From Bacillota bacterium (GTDB lineage: Bacteria; Bacillota; Clostridia; Christensenellales; SZUA-584): DNA of 64,000 nt. Shown in pieces: positions 1 to 9,611 of this stretch. Position 1 is the first letter of the stretch. Every line of letters begins with the position of its first letter. The stretch lies in NCBI GenBank assembly GCA_023436115.1, contig JAEZKQ010000031.1, positions 164,740-228,739 of the forward strand. The letters are read 5' to 3'. A model generated the notes under the pieces. It did no database searches, had not been told where the DNA came from, and saw only the letters and a program-made list of their open reading frames with translations. The position numbers and the translations under genes are program-made.

Positions 1-1124
1 TGGGCATCGTGCTCGCTGCGGGCAGCGCGCGGCGCATGGGGCAAAACAAAATGATCATGCGGATTGGCTCTATGACGGTTCTGGAACGCGCATTGGATGC
101 TTTTCAGAAAAGCGGCTGCTTTGACCATATCATTCTCGTCTATCGGGAAGGAGACAAAGACCAAACACAACAGGCAGCACAGCGCATACTTAATACACCT
201 TATACGCTCGTCGAAGGCGGCAGCGAACGCCAATACTCTGTGGGAAACGCGCTTAGTGCTATTGAAGATGCGAAAATCGTCGCCGTGCACGACGGCGCCC
301 GCTGCTTTGTAGACCCTGAAGTTGTTTGTACATGCGTGGAAAAAGCACGTGAAACGGGAGCCGCTGCGGCAGGCGTGAGAACACGCGATACGATTAAAAC
401 GATTGAAGGGGATATGATTACAGGAACGGTGGACAGAAGCCGTCTTGTAAACATTCAGACACCTCAGGTATTCCGCTTTTCGCTGCTTAAACAAGCTCAT
501 GAAAAAGCTGCTGAAGATGGCTTTATGGGTACGGACGAGTGCAGCCTTGTAGAACGTTTGGGCGTTCACATTAGTTTTGTGGAAGCGGGGTACGATAATA
601 TCAAGATTACCACACAGGAGGACATCTTATTGGGGCGTGTGATCGCAGGCGAGACCGTGCGCACAGGAATAGGCTACGATGCGCATCGCCTGGTAACGGG
701 GCGGCCTTTGATACTGGGCGGCGTTAAAGTACCGCATACACACGGCCTGCTGGGTCACAGCGACGCGGATGTGCTCCTCCATGCCATTATGGACGCGCTG
801 CTGGGTGCAGCGGCGGCGGGCGATATCGGCCTGCATTTCCCTTGCACAGACGAATATAAGGACGCAAGCAGCCTTGAGCTTCTCTCAAAAACCCGCGATA
901 TACTGACCGAGAAAGGCTTCTCTGTCGTCAACATCGATGCGACCGTGACCCTGGAGCGGCCCAAGCTACGTCCGTATATTGACGAGATGCGACAACGCAT
1001 TGCACAGACGCTGCAAATTGACGCTGTTTCCGTGAGCGTTAAAGCCACCACCACCGAGGGCATGGGGTTTGAAGGCACCGGCGAAGGCGCCAGCGCGATG
1101 GCGAGCGCAACGATTGTGGGGTAG
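1..1124 (+). CDS. ispDF: Bifunctional IspD/IspF (MEP cytidylyltransferase + MEcPP synthase); 5' end cut by the window edge
   Basis: The frame of ORF 9..1124 stays open back to nt 3. The N-terminal half has the IspD-like motifs LAAGSARRMG and VHDGARCF. The C-terminal half has the IspF motifs GIGYDAHRL, GHSDADVLLHA and TTTEGMGF. Confidence 0.85.
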   Translation, partial: GIVLAAGSARRMGQNKMIMRIGSMTVLERALDAFQKSGCFDHIILVYREGDKDQTQQAAQRILNTPYTLVEGGSERQYSVGNALSAIEDAKIVAVHDGARCFVDPEVVCTCVEKARETGAAAAGVRTRDTIKTIEGDMITGTVDRSRLVNIQTPQVFRFSLLKQAHEKAAEDGFMGTDECSLVERLGVHISFVEAGYDNIKITTQEDILLGRVIAGETVRTGIGYDAHRLVTGRPLILGGVKVPHTHGLLGHSDADVLLHAIMDALLGAAAAGDIGLHFPCTDEYKDASSLELLSKTRDILTEKGFSVVNIDATVTLERPKLRPYIDEMRQRIAQTLQIDAVSVSVKATTTEGMGFEGTGEGASAMASATIVG

Positions 1125-1262
1125 GCATCTCCCATCGGTTGTGTTTTAGAATGGTCTATTTGTGACCATGATTCGGCCAAGCACCTCTACAGGTATAGTG
1201 CTTGATTTTTTTGTCGATATATATAATAATGTTCGAAGCGAAACAGCTGAGGAGAAAAACAA

Positions 1263-3680
1263 ATGGATTTGTTGCAAGTCGAAAAAAAATGGCAAAGCAA
1301 ATGGGAGCAGACAAAGCTGTACAGCTTTGATAAGTCTCGCGTGGACAAAAAGAAATACATTCTTGAAATGTTCTCTTATCCGTCCGGCGCGCGGCTTCAC
1401 TTGGGCCACTGGTATAACTACGGCTTAACCGATTCCTACGCGCGGTATATGCGCATGAAGGGATTTGAAATATTTCAGCCAATGGGTTTTGACGCATTTG
1501 GCCTTCCCGCCGAAAATTATGCGATCAAAACGGGCATACATCCCGAAGACTCCACGCTCACAAACATCGAGACCATGGAAAAACAATTGCAGGCCATGGG
1601 TGCCATGTTCGACTGGGACTATGAAATTAAAACATGCCTTCCAGACTACTATAGATGGACGCAGTGGTGCTTTCTGCAGCTTTATAAAAAAGGCCTTGCT
1701 TATCGCAAGGAAGCGCCCGTAAACTGGTGTGAAGGCTGCAATACCGTACTTGCCAACGAGCAGGTGGTGGACGGTGGCTGCGAACGCTGCCATACACCCG
1801 TGGTACGCAAGAACTTAACGCAATGGTTCTTTAAAATCACCGACTATGCCGAACGTCTTCTGCAAAATCTGGACAACCTCGACTGGCCTGATAAGACAAA
1901 GATGATGCAGCGCAACTGGATCGGCAAATCAACCGGCGGCGAGATCACGTTTGCGCTGGAAAACGGCGAGAGCTTCACCGTATTCACCACGCGCGCCGAT
2001 ACGCTCTATGGCTGTACTTATGCGGTACTCGCTCCCGAGCATCCGCTCACGCTCAAGATCACGACCGATGAGCAGCGTCAAGCGGTTGAAGATTATATCG
2101 CCTATGCCGCGCGTGCCAGCGAAATCGACCGTCTTTCCACCACACGTGAAAAAACAGGCGTTTTCACGGGCGCTTATGCGATCAACCCTGTCAACGGACG
2201 GCGTATCCCCGTTTACGCGGCGGATTATGTACTGGCCACATATGGCACAGGCGCTGTGATGGCCGTTCCCGCACACGATGAAAGAGATTTCGAATTCGCT
2301 CAGAAATACAATCTGCCCATCGAACGCGTGATCAAAGGCCGTGAGGGCGAGGACGATACGCTGCCTTACACCGAATACGGCATTCTTGTGAACAGTGAGG
2401 AATTCAGTGGTCTGCCTGTGGAAGAAGGCAAAAAAGCGATACTTGAAAAGCTGAAAACGAAGGGACAGGGTGATTTTAAGGTTAACTACCGTCTGCGCGA
2501 CTGGCTGATATCGCGCCAGCGTTACTGGGGCACCCCCATTCCTATCGTGTACTGTGAAGAATGCGGAGAAGTGCCCGTACCCGAAGACCAGCTGCCTGTG
2601 ACGCTGCCTTACGACGTGGACTTTACGCCCGACGGCACATCGCCGCTGCTCAAATCCAAAACGTTTATGCACACCACGTGTCCCAAATGCGGCGGCAAAG
2701 CTGTCCGCGACGCGGATACCATGGATACGTTTGTGTGCTCGTCGTGGTATTTCCTGCGCTACCCGGACAACAAGAACGACAAGGCCGCGTTTGACACCGA
2801 CTGGATCAACAAAATGCTGCCTGTGGATACCTATGTGGGCGGTGCGGAGCACGCATGCATGCATCTTCTTTATGCACGTTTCTTCACTATGGCGCTTCAC
2901 GACATGGGGTATGTGAATTTTGACGAACCGTTCAAGCGGCTTGTCCACCAAGGCGTGATCTTAGGGCCGGACGGACAGCGCATGAGCAAGTCGCGCGGTA
3001 ACGTGATATCGCCCGATGAATACATACAAAAATACGGCAGCGATGTGCTGCGCACATACCTTGGCTTTGGCTTCTCGTACATTGAGGGCGGCCCGTGGAA
3101 CGTGGATGGCTTAAAAGCGGTTCACCGCTTCTTAGAGCGCGTAGAGCGCACCGTGCTGCGGCTCAAAGATGTAAAGGCCAGCAGCGACGAAGGCAAAAAA
3201 GAAATACTCTATGCGCAAAACTATGCCATTAAGCATGTGTCGGCCGATATCGAGATATTCTCGTTCAATACAGCCATTGCGCGGCTTATGGAGTTCACCA
3301 ACGCGCTGGGTAAATACCTGGATGCATCGCCCGATGAAGCGGTTTGCGCCGATGCAGCCAGCACGATGGTTCGGCTCATCGCGCCGTTTGCGCCGCACTT
3401 CGCCGAAGAGCTTTGGGAGATGCTGGGCGAGGAGTATTCGGTATTCAACGCGCCGTACCCTGTTTGCGACGAAAGCGCGCTCGTGCTGGATACCATTGAG
3501 ATGCCGCTTCAAATCAACGGCAAGGTGCGCGGCAAGTTCAACGTGCCCTCAGACGCGACCAAGGAAGATATCGAGAAGCAGATTATGCAGACGCCTGAAC
3601 TCACGGCTTTGTTTGAAGGCAAGACGATACGTAAAATGATCATCGTCCCCGGGCGCATTGCGAACATTGTTGTGGGCTAA
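1263..3680 (+). CDS. leuS: Leucyl-tRNA synthetase
   Basis: 805 aa. HIGH-type motif [13 protein letters not shown] motif RMSKSRGN, and a zinc-knuckle CEGC..CERC. GAGGAG lies 8 nt upstream of the ATG. Confidence 0.95.
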   Translation: MDLLQVEKKWQSKWEQTKLYSFDKSRVDKKKYILEMFSYPSGARLHLGHWYNYGLTDSYARYMRMKGFEIFQPMGFDAFGLPAENYAIKTGIHPEDSTLTNIETMEKQLQAMGAMFDWDYEIKTCLPDYYRWTQWCFLQLYKKGLAYRKEAPVNWCEGCNTVLANEQVVDGGCERCHTPVVRKNLTQWFFKITDYAERLLQNLDNLDWPDKTKMMQRNWIGKSTGGEITFALENGESFTVFTTRADTLYGCTYAVLAPEHPLTLKITTDEQRQAVEDYIAYAARASEIDRLSTTREKTGVFTGAYAINPVNGRRIPVYAADYVLATYGTGAVMAVPAHDERDFEFAQKYNLPIERVIKGREGEDDTLPYTEYGILVNSEEFSGLPVEEGKKAILEKLKTKGQGDFKVNYRLRDWLISRQRYWGTPIPIVYCEECGEVPVPEDQLPVTLPYDVDFTPDGTSPLLKSKTFMHTTCPKCGGKAVRDADTMDTFVCSSWYFLRYPDNKNDKAAFDTDWINKMLPVDTYVGGAEHACMHLLYARFFTMALHDMGYVNFDEPFKRLVHQGVILGPDGQRMSKSRGNVISPDEYIQKYGSDVLRTYLGFGFSYIEGGPWNVDGLKAVHRFLERVERTVLRLKDVKASSDEGKKEILYAQNYAIKHVSADIEIFSFNTAIARLMEFTNALGKYLDASPDEAVCADAASTMVRLIAPFAPHFAEELWEMLGEEYSVFNAPYPVCDESALVLDTIEMPLQINGKVRGKFNVPSDATKEDIEKQIMQTPELTALFEGKTIRKMIIVPGRIANIVVG

Positions 3681-3695
3681 CCCATTAAAGCATAA

Positions 3696-3726
3696 GCGGC
3701 AACCCATCGGTTGCCGCTTTTTTTTA
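3696..3726 (+). terminator. Intrinsic terminator after leuS
   Basis: Stem GCGGCAAC (3696-3703) / GTTGCCGC (3710-3717), 6-nt loop, then a T8 run. Confidence 0.7.
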
Positions 3727-3739
3727 TCTGTGGTACAAT
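3711..3739 (+). promoter_or_regulatory. Sigma-A type promoter for the queT leader (extended -10)
   Basis: TTGCCG (3711-3716), 17 nt spacer, TGgTACAAT (3731-3739). Confidence 0.5.
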
Positions 3740-3763
3740 GCATCGGTCAGGCAAAAGCCTGTC

Positions 3764-3805
3764 GGACAGTTCGAAACCATCCTGTCCATAATTAAAACTA
3801 GGAGG
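3764..3805 (+). promoter_or_regulatory. preQ1-I riboswitch aptamer
   Basis: GGACAG-UUCGAAACCAUC-CUGUCC hairpin followed by the A-rich tail AUAAUUAAAACUAGGAGG. This matches the class I layout (P1 stem, UUC..ACC loop, AAAAACUA tail ending in the SD). It lies directly upstream of a QueT-family transporter. Confidence 0.75.
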
Positions 3806-3827
3806 CCAGACCATAAGGTCTGGACAG

Positions 3828-4337
3828 ATGCGATGGGCATCTGTTGAAAATGAAATGAACACAAAACGGCTCACTCCGCGTTTCATGGCTGAGGCCGGTA
3901 TCATCGCGGCACTCTATTTTGCACTCACAATGGCCATTGCGCCGCTAAGCTTCGGACAGCTGCAGATGCGCGTCTCTGAAGCGCTATGTGTCCTTCCCTT
4001 TTTCACACCCGCAGCCATTCCCGGCTTGTTCATCGGCTGCCTGCTCGCCAACATATTCAGCTTTCTTGGCATATTTGATGTTTTATTCGGCTCTTTTGCC
4101 ACTCTGGCTGCCGCCGCTTTGACATACTTTATCAAAAACAAATGGCTGCTGCCGCTGCCCAGTGTGGCGGTCAACGCTTTTGTGATCGGTGCACTGCTTT
4201 ATTATTTGGCCGAACTGCCTTTCTGGATCTCTGCGCTGTATGTGGGGGCCGGGCAGGCCATTGCGTGTTATGCGCTGGGCATGCCATTGTTCTTCGTTCT
4301 TAACAAACATAAGGCCAAGCTGTTTGGCAGGGCGTAG
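3828..4337 (+). CDS. queT: Queuosine-precursor transporter QueT (ECF S-component-like). Start is uncertain: ATG 3828 or ATG 3855.
   Basis: 169 aa, about 5 TM segments, with QueT-like sequence (RVSEALCVLPFFTPAAIPGLFIGCLLAN). A preQ1 riboswitch lies upstream. Neither candidate start has a proximal SD. Confidence 0.8.
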   Translation: MRWASVENEMNTKRLTPRFMAEAGIIAALYFALTMAIAPLSFGQLQMRVSEALCVLPFFTPAAIPGLFIGCLLANIFSFLGIFDVLFGSFATLAAAALTYFIKNKWLLPLPSVAVNAFVIGALLYYLAELPFWISALYVGAGQAIACYALGMPLFFVLNKHKAKLFGRA

Positions 4338-4374
4338 CGTTTCGAAGGGACTTATTCAAAGACTAAGCTTTATG

Positions 4375-4400
4375 GCGGTATGCGTGTATACCGCTTTTTT
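4375..4400 (+). terminator. Intrinsic terminator after queT
   Basis: Stem GCGGTAT (4375-4381) / ATACCGC (4388-4394) followed by T6. Confidence 0.7.
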
Positions 4401-4521
4401 ATTGCAATGATTTAGGCGTGTCTCTGACTTGCCCGTACATTCCATTTCCCCGGCAATGTTCTTCATACCGCCGCCTACGTCGCGTATACATAAAAAGATA
4501 GATCTTTTAAAGAGGTATTGC

Positions 4522-5217
4522 ATGTATCTGATAAGCGCGATTCTTGGGAGCATCGTCGGGGCGGTGGGTACAGCTCTGGGAGGCATTCTGGCGCTGCTGA
4601 TCGGCAAGCGGGTGACCGAACCGCGTCCCTTTCTGGCGTTCGCCGGCGGCTTAATGATCGCCGTTGTATTCTTCGATATGCTGCTGCAAAGCGCGATGCT
4701 TGGCGGTCTTTATATCATGTGCGGCGGTGCCGTGGCAGGCGGTATTTTTTTCGCATTGGTGTCTCCGCTAATCGTTCATGATCACGAGCGCACGCTCTAT
4801 TCCACAGGAATACTCGTATTAATCGGTATTGCGCTGCACGACCTGCCCGAAGGTCTGGCCGTCGGCTCGTCCCTTGTCGAAAGCCAACAGATGGCGATTT
4901 CTTTTTCGCTGCTTATGCTGGTGCATAATATACCCGAAGGTGCTGCTGTCGGTCTGCCGCTGCGCATGTCGGGTGTTCCGGGGTGGCGCGTGGTGCTCTT
5001 TACACTTCTTACAGGCGTGCCGACCACAGCAGGCGCATTGATCGGTACGGCGGTAGGGAGCATTTCCGAGGAAATGATCGCGTTTTGTATATCGTTTGCG
5101 GCGGGCGCCATGCTCTATATATCCATTAAAGAGCTCATACCGTCTGCGGGAAAAAACAGAGTGCTTAGTGCGCTTCTGGGGTTTTGCATCGGCTTTTTTA
5201 TGACGATACTGATTTGA
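4522..5217 (+). CDS. ZIP-family divalent metal transporter (ZupT-like)
   Basis: Motifs HDLPEGLAVG and HNIPEGAAVG in TM helices. I chose ATG 4522 (AGAGG 6 nt upstream) instead of the track start 4429. Confidence 0.8.
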   Translation: MYLISAILGSIVGAVGTALGGILALLIGKRVTEPRPFLAFAGGLMIAVVFFDMLLQSAMLGGLYIMCGGAVAGGIFFALVSPLIVHDHERTLYSTGILVLIGIALHDLPEGLAVGSSLVESQQMAISFSLLMLVHNIPEGAAVGLPLRMSGVPGWRVVLFTLLTGVPTTAGALIGTAVGSISEEMIAFCISFAAGAMLYISIKELIPSAGKNRVLSALLGFCIGFFMTILI

Positions 5218-6280
5218 CGCTGCCGTTTGCCACCGTATAGCATGACGCATGGGCGCACTTTAACGGCACGGCGGTGGTGATGAAGCATTGTGCCCCGCGG
5301 ACACGCTCCAGCAGCGCATTTTGGCGCACCGTGTCCAGCTCTGAAAAAACATCGTCCAGCAAAAGCACCGGATTTTCACCAAAATCTGCGCGCGCAATCT
5401 CAAATGTCGCCAGCTTCATTGACAGCATCGCAGTACGTATCTGCCCTTGAGACGAATAGGCCTTGATCTCACTGCCATTCAATGACACAGCGATATCCTC
5501 ACGGTGAGGGCCATACAGGCAAAAGCCCTGCTCGATTTCACTGGGCAGTGATTTATCCATCTTTTCATACAGCGCTTTTTGTATATCATTCGCCGTAACA
5601 CTGCATCGATACCTAAGACTCAGTGTCTCACCGCCCGCAACGTCTTGATGAATAGTACGGCTCAACTCATCCAGCCGCTGCAGAAAAGCCTGTCGTGCTG
5701 TGATAATGCGTGCACCGTGAGCGCAGAGCTGTTCATTGAATATACTGACGAGCTTTTTAAGCTGGTTTTCAGCCATGCGAGATTTAAGCAGTGCATTTTT
5801 CTGCGCGAGGGCCTTTGTATATTCCTGAAGCTCATAAAAATAAGCGGGTCTAAGCTTTGATATCTCCATATCGATAAATCGGCGGCGCAGCGACGGCGAT
5901 TCCTTTAAAACCTTTAAGTCTTCGGGCGAAAACACCACCGCGATAAAGTTACCGAAAAGTTCGCCCATCTTTTTTACGGGCTGCGCGTTTATTTTAAGGC
6001 TCTTTTTTTCCAGCAGTGAAAGCAGCGCTTCAACAGAAAGCTGTCCCTCTTTCTTGACGATTCCGCCCTTGATATACGCCGTTTGCGCGCCTTCACGTAT
6101 GCATTCGGACTCCTTTTGTGTGCGAAAAGACTTGCCCATGCTTAAAAAGCCGATCGCTTCCAGCACATTCGTCTTACCGGCGGCGTTTCTGCCCTGCAAT
6201 ATATTGATACCGTCTGAAAACCCTACCAGCAGACTCTCATAGCTGCGGAAGCTTTTTAGCATTAGGCTTTTTAAATACAT
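5198..6280 (-). CDS. recF: DNA replication/repair protein RecF
   Basis: 360 aa. Walker A GRNAAGKTNVLEAI, Walker B/D-loop LLLDDVFSELD. AGGAGA SD. The 3' end overlaps the convergent ZIP gene by 20 nt. Confidence 0.9.
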   Translation of the reverse strand: MYLKSLMLKSFRSYESLLVGFSDGINILQGRNAAGKTNVLEAIGFLSMGKSFRTQKESECIREGAQTAYIKGGIVKKEGQLSVEALLSLLEKKSLKINAQPVKKMGELFGNFIAVVFSPEDLKVLKESPSLRRRFIDMEISKLRPAYFYELQEYTKALAQKNALLKSRMAENQLKKLVSIFNEQLCAHGARIITARQAFLQRLDELSRTIHQDVAGGETLSLRYRCSVTANDIQKALYEKMDKSLPSEIEQGFCLYGPHREDIAVSLNGSEIKAYSSQGQIRTAMLSMKLATFEIARADFGENPVLLLDDVFSELDTVRQNALLERVRGAQCFITTAVPLKCAHASCYTVANGSVKSVSS

Positions 6281-6289
6281 TTTGTTCTC

Positions 6290-7504
6290 CTAATAGGACG
6301 GATATGGTGTAAAGGTCGTATAATACCATACCGCTCCCCATATGTTGACGATGATACCCACAGCCACAAGTACGAATGGCAGCAAGGCTTGCGTACGCTG
6401 CTTTATAATATTGACTTCTTTTTGTTCCCCTATAATCAACAGCATGAAAGGCAGCATATCCACCAGATATCGGCAGCCAAACTGCCAGCCGCCCATTGTC
6501 TTGTGCGACAGCAGAAACAGCAGGTGAACGAGCAAACAAAGCATATAGCCAATGCTCTTGGCATCCTGCTGCCGCTGCGCCAGCCGAACAGCCAGCAGGA
6601 CAAAGGCCGGATTCACGAGAAAGAACAGCGTACCGTTAAACATCGGCCAAAAGCTGCCCCATTGCAAGCCGGGCAGCTTCAATATCTCTAAAAAATTGCC
6701 CGGGACATATTCCAAAGCGAACTGCGGCGTATTTAAAAACTCGGGCAGATAATTATGTCCAAATTCAAAAATGCTGCCAAAGCGCACATAGTTATAAACA
6801 GCAGCACTTATGCCCACGGCCGCAAGAGGCAGCACGTACTTGATACATCGAACAAACGTTCCCATTCTATCCGAGCCGCCTATGTTTTGATATAAAAGGT
6901 ATAACAGCAGCGGCGCATAGACAATGTTCATAGGCCGGCACGCAAAAGCGATACCAAGGCAAAGAAATGAGAAATACCATGCTCTTTTATTGCGGCTGTC
7001 TATGAAATAGACAGCAAGCACGGAAAAGAAGAATCCTTGCGTCTGCGCGGAGAACCACACCCAGCCCGTCAGCGATATATAAAAAAGATTGGAACCAAGC
7101 GTAAGCAGCAGCGCGACAATCGATGCCATCAGCCCGCCATGGCCGCGCCGCATCATATAACGGTAAATAAGCACAAACGACCCGAAAGCAAACAGCGTAT
7201 TCACAAGGTTATCGGGCGTATTGAGACCGAATATAGGATAAAGCAAAAATTGGATGACGCTGGGGAAGGGAGGAAAACTCACGTAATACTTATCATTGTA
7301 AACGGCGAGCTCCAGCCATGTTACGTTTTCTGGCAGATTGGCTTGTCCCTGCCACCACACCTGGGCCTGCCGTGAAAAAGAATCATAAACGCTATGAGAC
7401 AATATGCCCTGATTCAGCACGCGATAAAGAATTATATAAGCGCAGAGCAGCAGTGTTGCCGAGAATATAAAATGATAAGTAAATCGTTCCTGTTTATCGT
7501 TCAT
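6290..7504 (-). CDS. Polytopic membrane protein, GT-C/ArnT-PMT-like glycosyltransferase fold (tentative)
   Basis: 404 aa, about 10-11 hydrophobic segments, with an N-terminal loop YNDKYYVSFPPFPS as in family-39/83-like transferases. Its stop is 9 nt from the recF start. The family call rests on resemblance only. Confidence 0.4.
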   Translation of the reverse strand: MNDKQERFTYHFIFSATLLLCAYIILYRVLNQGILSHSVYDSFSRQAQVWWQGQANLPENVTWLELAVYNDKYYVSFPPFPSVIQFLLYPIFGLNTPDNLVNTLFAFGSFVLIYRYMMRRGHGGLMASIVALLLTLGSNLFYISLTGWVWFSAQTQGFFFSVLAVYFIDSRNKRAWYFSFLCLGIAFACRPMNIVYAPLLLYLLYQNIGGSDRMGTFVRCIKYVLPLAAVGISAAVYNYVRFGSIFEFGHNYLPEFLNTPQFALEYVPGNFLEILKLPGLQWGSFWPMFNGTLFFLVNPAFVLLAVRLAQRQQDAKSIGYMLCLLVHLLFLLSHKTMGGWQFGCRYLVDMLPFMLLIIGEQKEVNIIKQRTQALLPFVLVAVGIIVNIWGAVWYYTTFTPYPSY

Positions 7505-7594
7505 ATCGCCGTTATTTTATCATTTTGCTTATATATGAGCAATAATATAAAATTAGCGTGTATACACTGCGGAAATGATGCTTTTTTTACAGAT

Positions 7595-7626
7595 TAAAAA
7601 AACGGGAGCTGATCATCTCCCGTTTT
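7595..7626 (-). terminator. Intrinsic terminator after the amino-acid-kinase-like gene
   Basis: On the minus strand: CGGGAG-ATGATCAG-CTCCCG followed by T7. Confidence 0.7.
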
Positions 7627-7632
7627 ATCCTC

Positions 7633-8478
7633 CTATTTTACGTAAATATGCGTGCTGTCTGCTTTGCCCGAAAGTATATCGGCAATCCGGTTGCTGGCTC
7701 GCGCTATATAAACATGCGTGCCTGCCTTGGCGGGCCCTAATGAATACTTAAGCTTTGCGCCGGCCCCTTGAGCACCTGCTCTGGAAGCCCCTTTGCAGCA
7801 GCCTATCACGTCTGCAACGCGGGTTTCAAGTTCATCGGGTGAATTGGCCGAAATCTCGCGAATCAACGTAGACTGGTCTTTTGGGTCAGCGTAGATACCG
7901 TCTACCGAGGTTAAAATGACAAGCGTTTTCGCTTGCACAAGCATGGCTACCACCGCCGCTGTTTCGTCGTTGTCCACACATTCCACAACCTCACGGCCGC
8001 CGTTGCCAATTTTCTTAAGCTCCATTTTGCGGTTCTCTTCGCTGGACACCGGGTCGTTATAGTTGATGATTGGGATTGCACCCTGCTGCGGCGCCCGGCT
8101 TAAAAGCCTGTGTATATGTTCCCTTTTCTCGGCATCGTTAAAATGGCTGTGTTCCACAAGCACCTGCCGTACGGAATAGCTCGGACTGATAAACTGACGG
8201 TAGTTTTCCATGAGTATCGCCTGGCCTTGAGCGGCGTAATCTGTTTTGATGTCTTCTTCGTCGCCGTCCAGCTCATGGCCGTTTCTTTTGATGTAGTCGA
8301 TTCGGCCAATTTCCGTCGCGCCCGAGCTGACAAGCAGCATTCCGGGCCGCAGCGAACCGCCGAGCCTTGAAAAAATATTATAATCAAGATCGCCGTCCTC
8401 ATGGCGTATCAGCGCCATCGAGCCTATTTTAATGACGATATCATATGCGCTACGCAAAGCTACACTGCTCCTGTTCAC
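7633..8478 (-). CDS. Amino-acid kinase (AAK) family protein, glutamate-5-kinase-like, no PUA domain
   Basis: ProB-like motifs VIKIGS, LVSSGA, PIINYND and DNDETAAVVA. The track start is GTG 8478. TTG 8457, which follows an AGGAGC, is an alternative. No proA is adjacent. Confidence 0.6.
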   Translation of the reverse strand: MNRSSVALRSAYDIVIKIGSMALIRHEDGDLDYNIFSRLGGSLRPGMLLVSSGATEIGRIDYIKRNGHELDGDEEDIKTDYAAQGQAILMENYRQFISPSYSVRQVLVEHSHFNDAEKREHIHRLLSRAPQQGAIPIINYNDPVSSEENRKMELKKIGNGGREVVECVDNDETAAVVAMLVQAKTLVILTSVDGIYADPKDQSTLIREISANSPDELETRVADVIGCCKGASRAGAQGAGAKLKYSLGPAKAGTHVYIARASNRIADILSGKADSTHIYVK

Positions 8479-8599
8479 CGCAGAACAAAATTATCATTCT
8501 ATTCGGCTTTTAAAATAACGTTTATAGTATAAACATCGTTACAATAAAAGTAAAGCCCCCCGGCATCATAAGCGCCGGGAGACTCCCTAATCAATTCTT

Positions 8600-9571
8600 T
8601 TATGATGCCGCTATTTTCTCCTGCTCGGCGGCATCCGCAGACACAGCTGTTTTAAGCGCTTTGGGCGGTGCTATTAATGTACCGCGCTTTTGGTGCCTCA
8701 CCATGAGTAAAATGCAAACGATCATTGCAATTACAAAACCCACGCCTCCGATAATACCGGTGGGCATCGGCCCAACAAACGGATTGGCCGCGTCAGCTCC
8801 GGGCATAAAGTAAATAGCGGAGGCAGCAAGGCCGTTAAGCGAACCATGCGCGATCGCCGCGGGCAGACAGCTTCGTGTTCTAAGCGAGACATACGAGAAC
8901 AGCGTCCCCATGGCAATACAAAACACACACATGGCTAATATACCCATATAAGGATATCCTATATAACCAAAGCCATAGTTATGGCCTATAATCACTGTCA
9001 GCGGCGCATGCCACAATCCCCAAATCACACCGCTAATGAAAACCGTCGGGATGATAGAAAGCTTTTCAGAAAGCTTGGGAACAAGATACCCTCGCCAGCC
9101 CCATTCCTCCCCTGTGGTTGTGAATATATTGAGTACAGGGGATATCAATATGCCCAGTAAAATCTGTCCTATCAGCGTTATTCTGAGTGTATCCGTATCA
9201 AGATTTAAACCCACTGCGGCAAATTGCTGGGCCATATTGCCCATATTGGGATCAAATTTGTCGGGATAGATCAGAAAGTAAAGCACGCCCCCTACGACAA
9301 TCAACGCCGCGGGCAGCAGCCAAGCTGCTATATAAAACCGGATATGGCCTTTAAAGTTGGGTAGTATCCATGCGTCTTTAAAGCCTTCTTTTGTGATGAC
9401 GCGTGTGAGTACGACACCAATAGCCGGAATAAACATGACCGCCGATATCAGCAAGCCAGCCAAAGGTGAATGAAGCATGTTGCCGATCACGAAAATTTCA
9501 AAAGCATATGTGAGGGCAAACGTCAGCAAGAGAAAAATGATGATCCGTTTTCCAGTAGAGACTTTCTTCAT
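8600..9571 (-). CDS. CPBP-family intramembrane glutamic endopeptidase (CAAX protease/Abi)
   Basis: Motifs EEWGWRGYL, WGLWH and AHGSLN in TM helices. I chose ATG 9571 (MKKVSTGK, AAGGAG upstream), which removes the overlap with ybjQ. Confidence 0.8.
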   Translation of the reverse strand: MKKVSTGKRIIIFLLLTFALTYAFEIFVIGNMLHSPLAGLLISAVMFIPAIGVVLTRVITKEGFKDAWILPNFKGHIRFYIAAWLLPAALIVVGGVLYFLIYPDKFDPNMGNMAQQFAAVGLNLDTDTLRITLIGQILLGILISPVLNIFTTTGEEWGWRGYLVPKLSEKLSIIPTVFISGVIWGLWHAPLTVIIGHNYGFGYIGYPYMGILAMCVFCIAMGTLFSYVSLRTRSCLPAAIAHGSLNGLAASAIYFMPGADAANPFVGPMPTGIIGGVGFVIAMIVCILLMVRHQKRGTLIAPPKALKTAVSADAAEQEKIAAS

Positions 9572-9611
9572 TGTTATACTCCTTATAATGATATGAAATG
9601 AATTTGTAAAG

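Noticed and set aside
1125-1262. Possible T-box leader for leuS
   Set aside because: The spacer is only 138 nt. I cannot find a T-box sequence (AAUUAGGGUGGUACCGCG-like) or a specifier-loop architecture. I see only a weak hairpin and a TATAAT-like element.
1929-2951. 340-aa ORF antisense to leuS
   Set aside because: It lies entirely inside a well-supported synthetase gene. The Arg/His/Gly-rich composition is typical of a shadow frame in GC-rich coding DNA. It has no SD and no motif.
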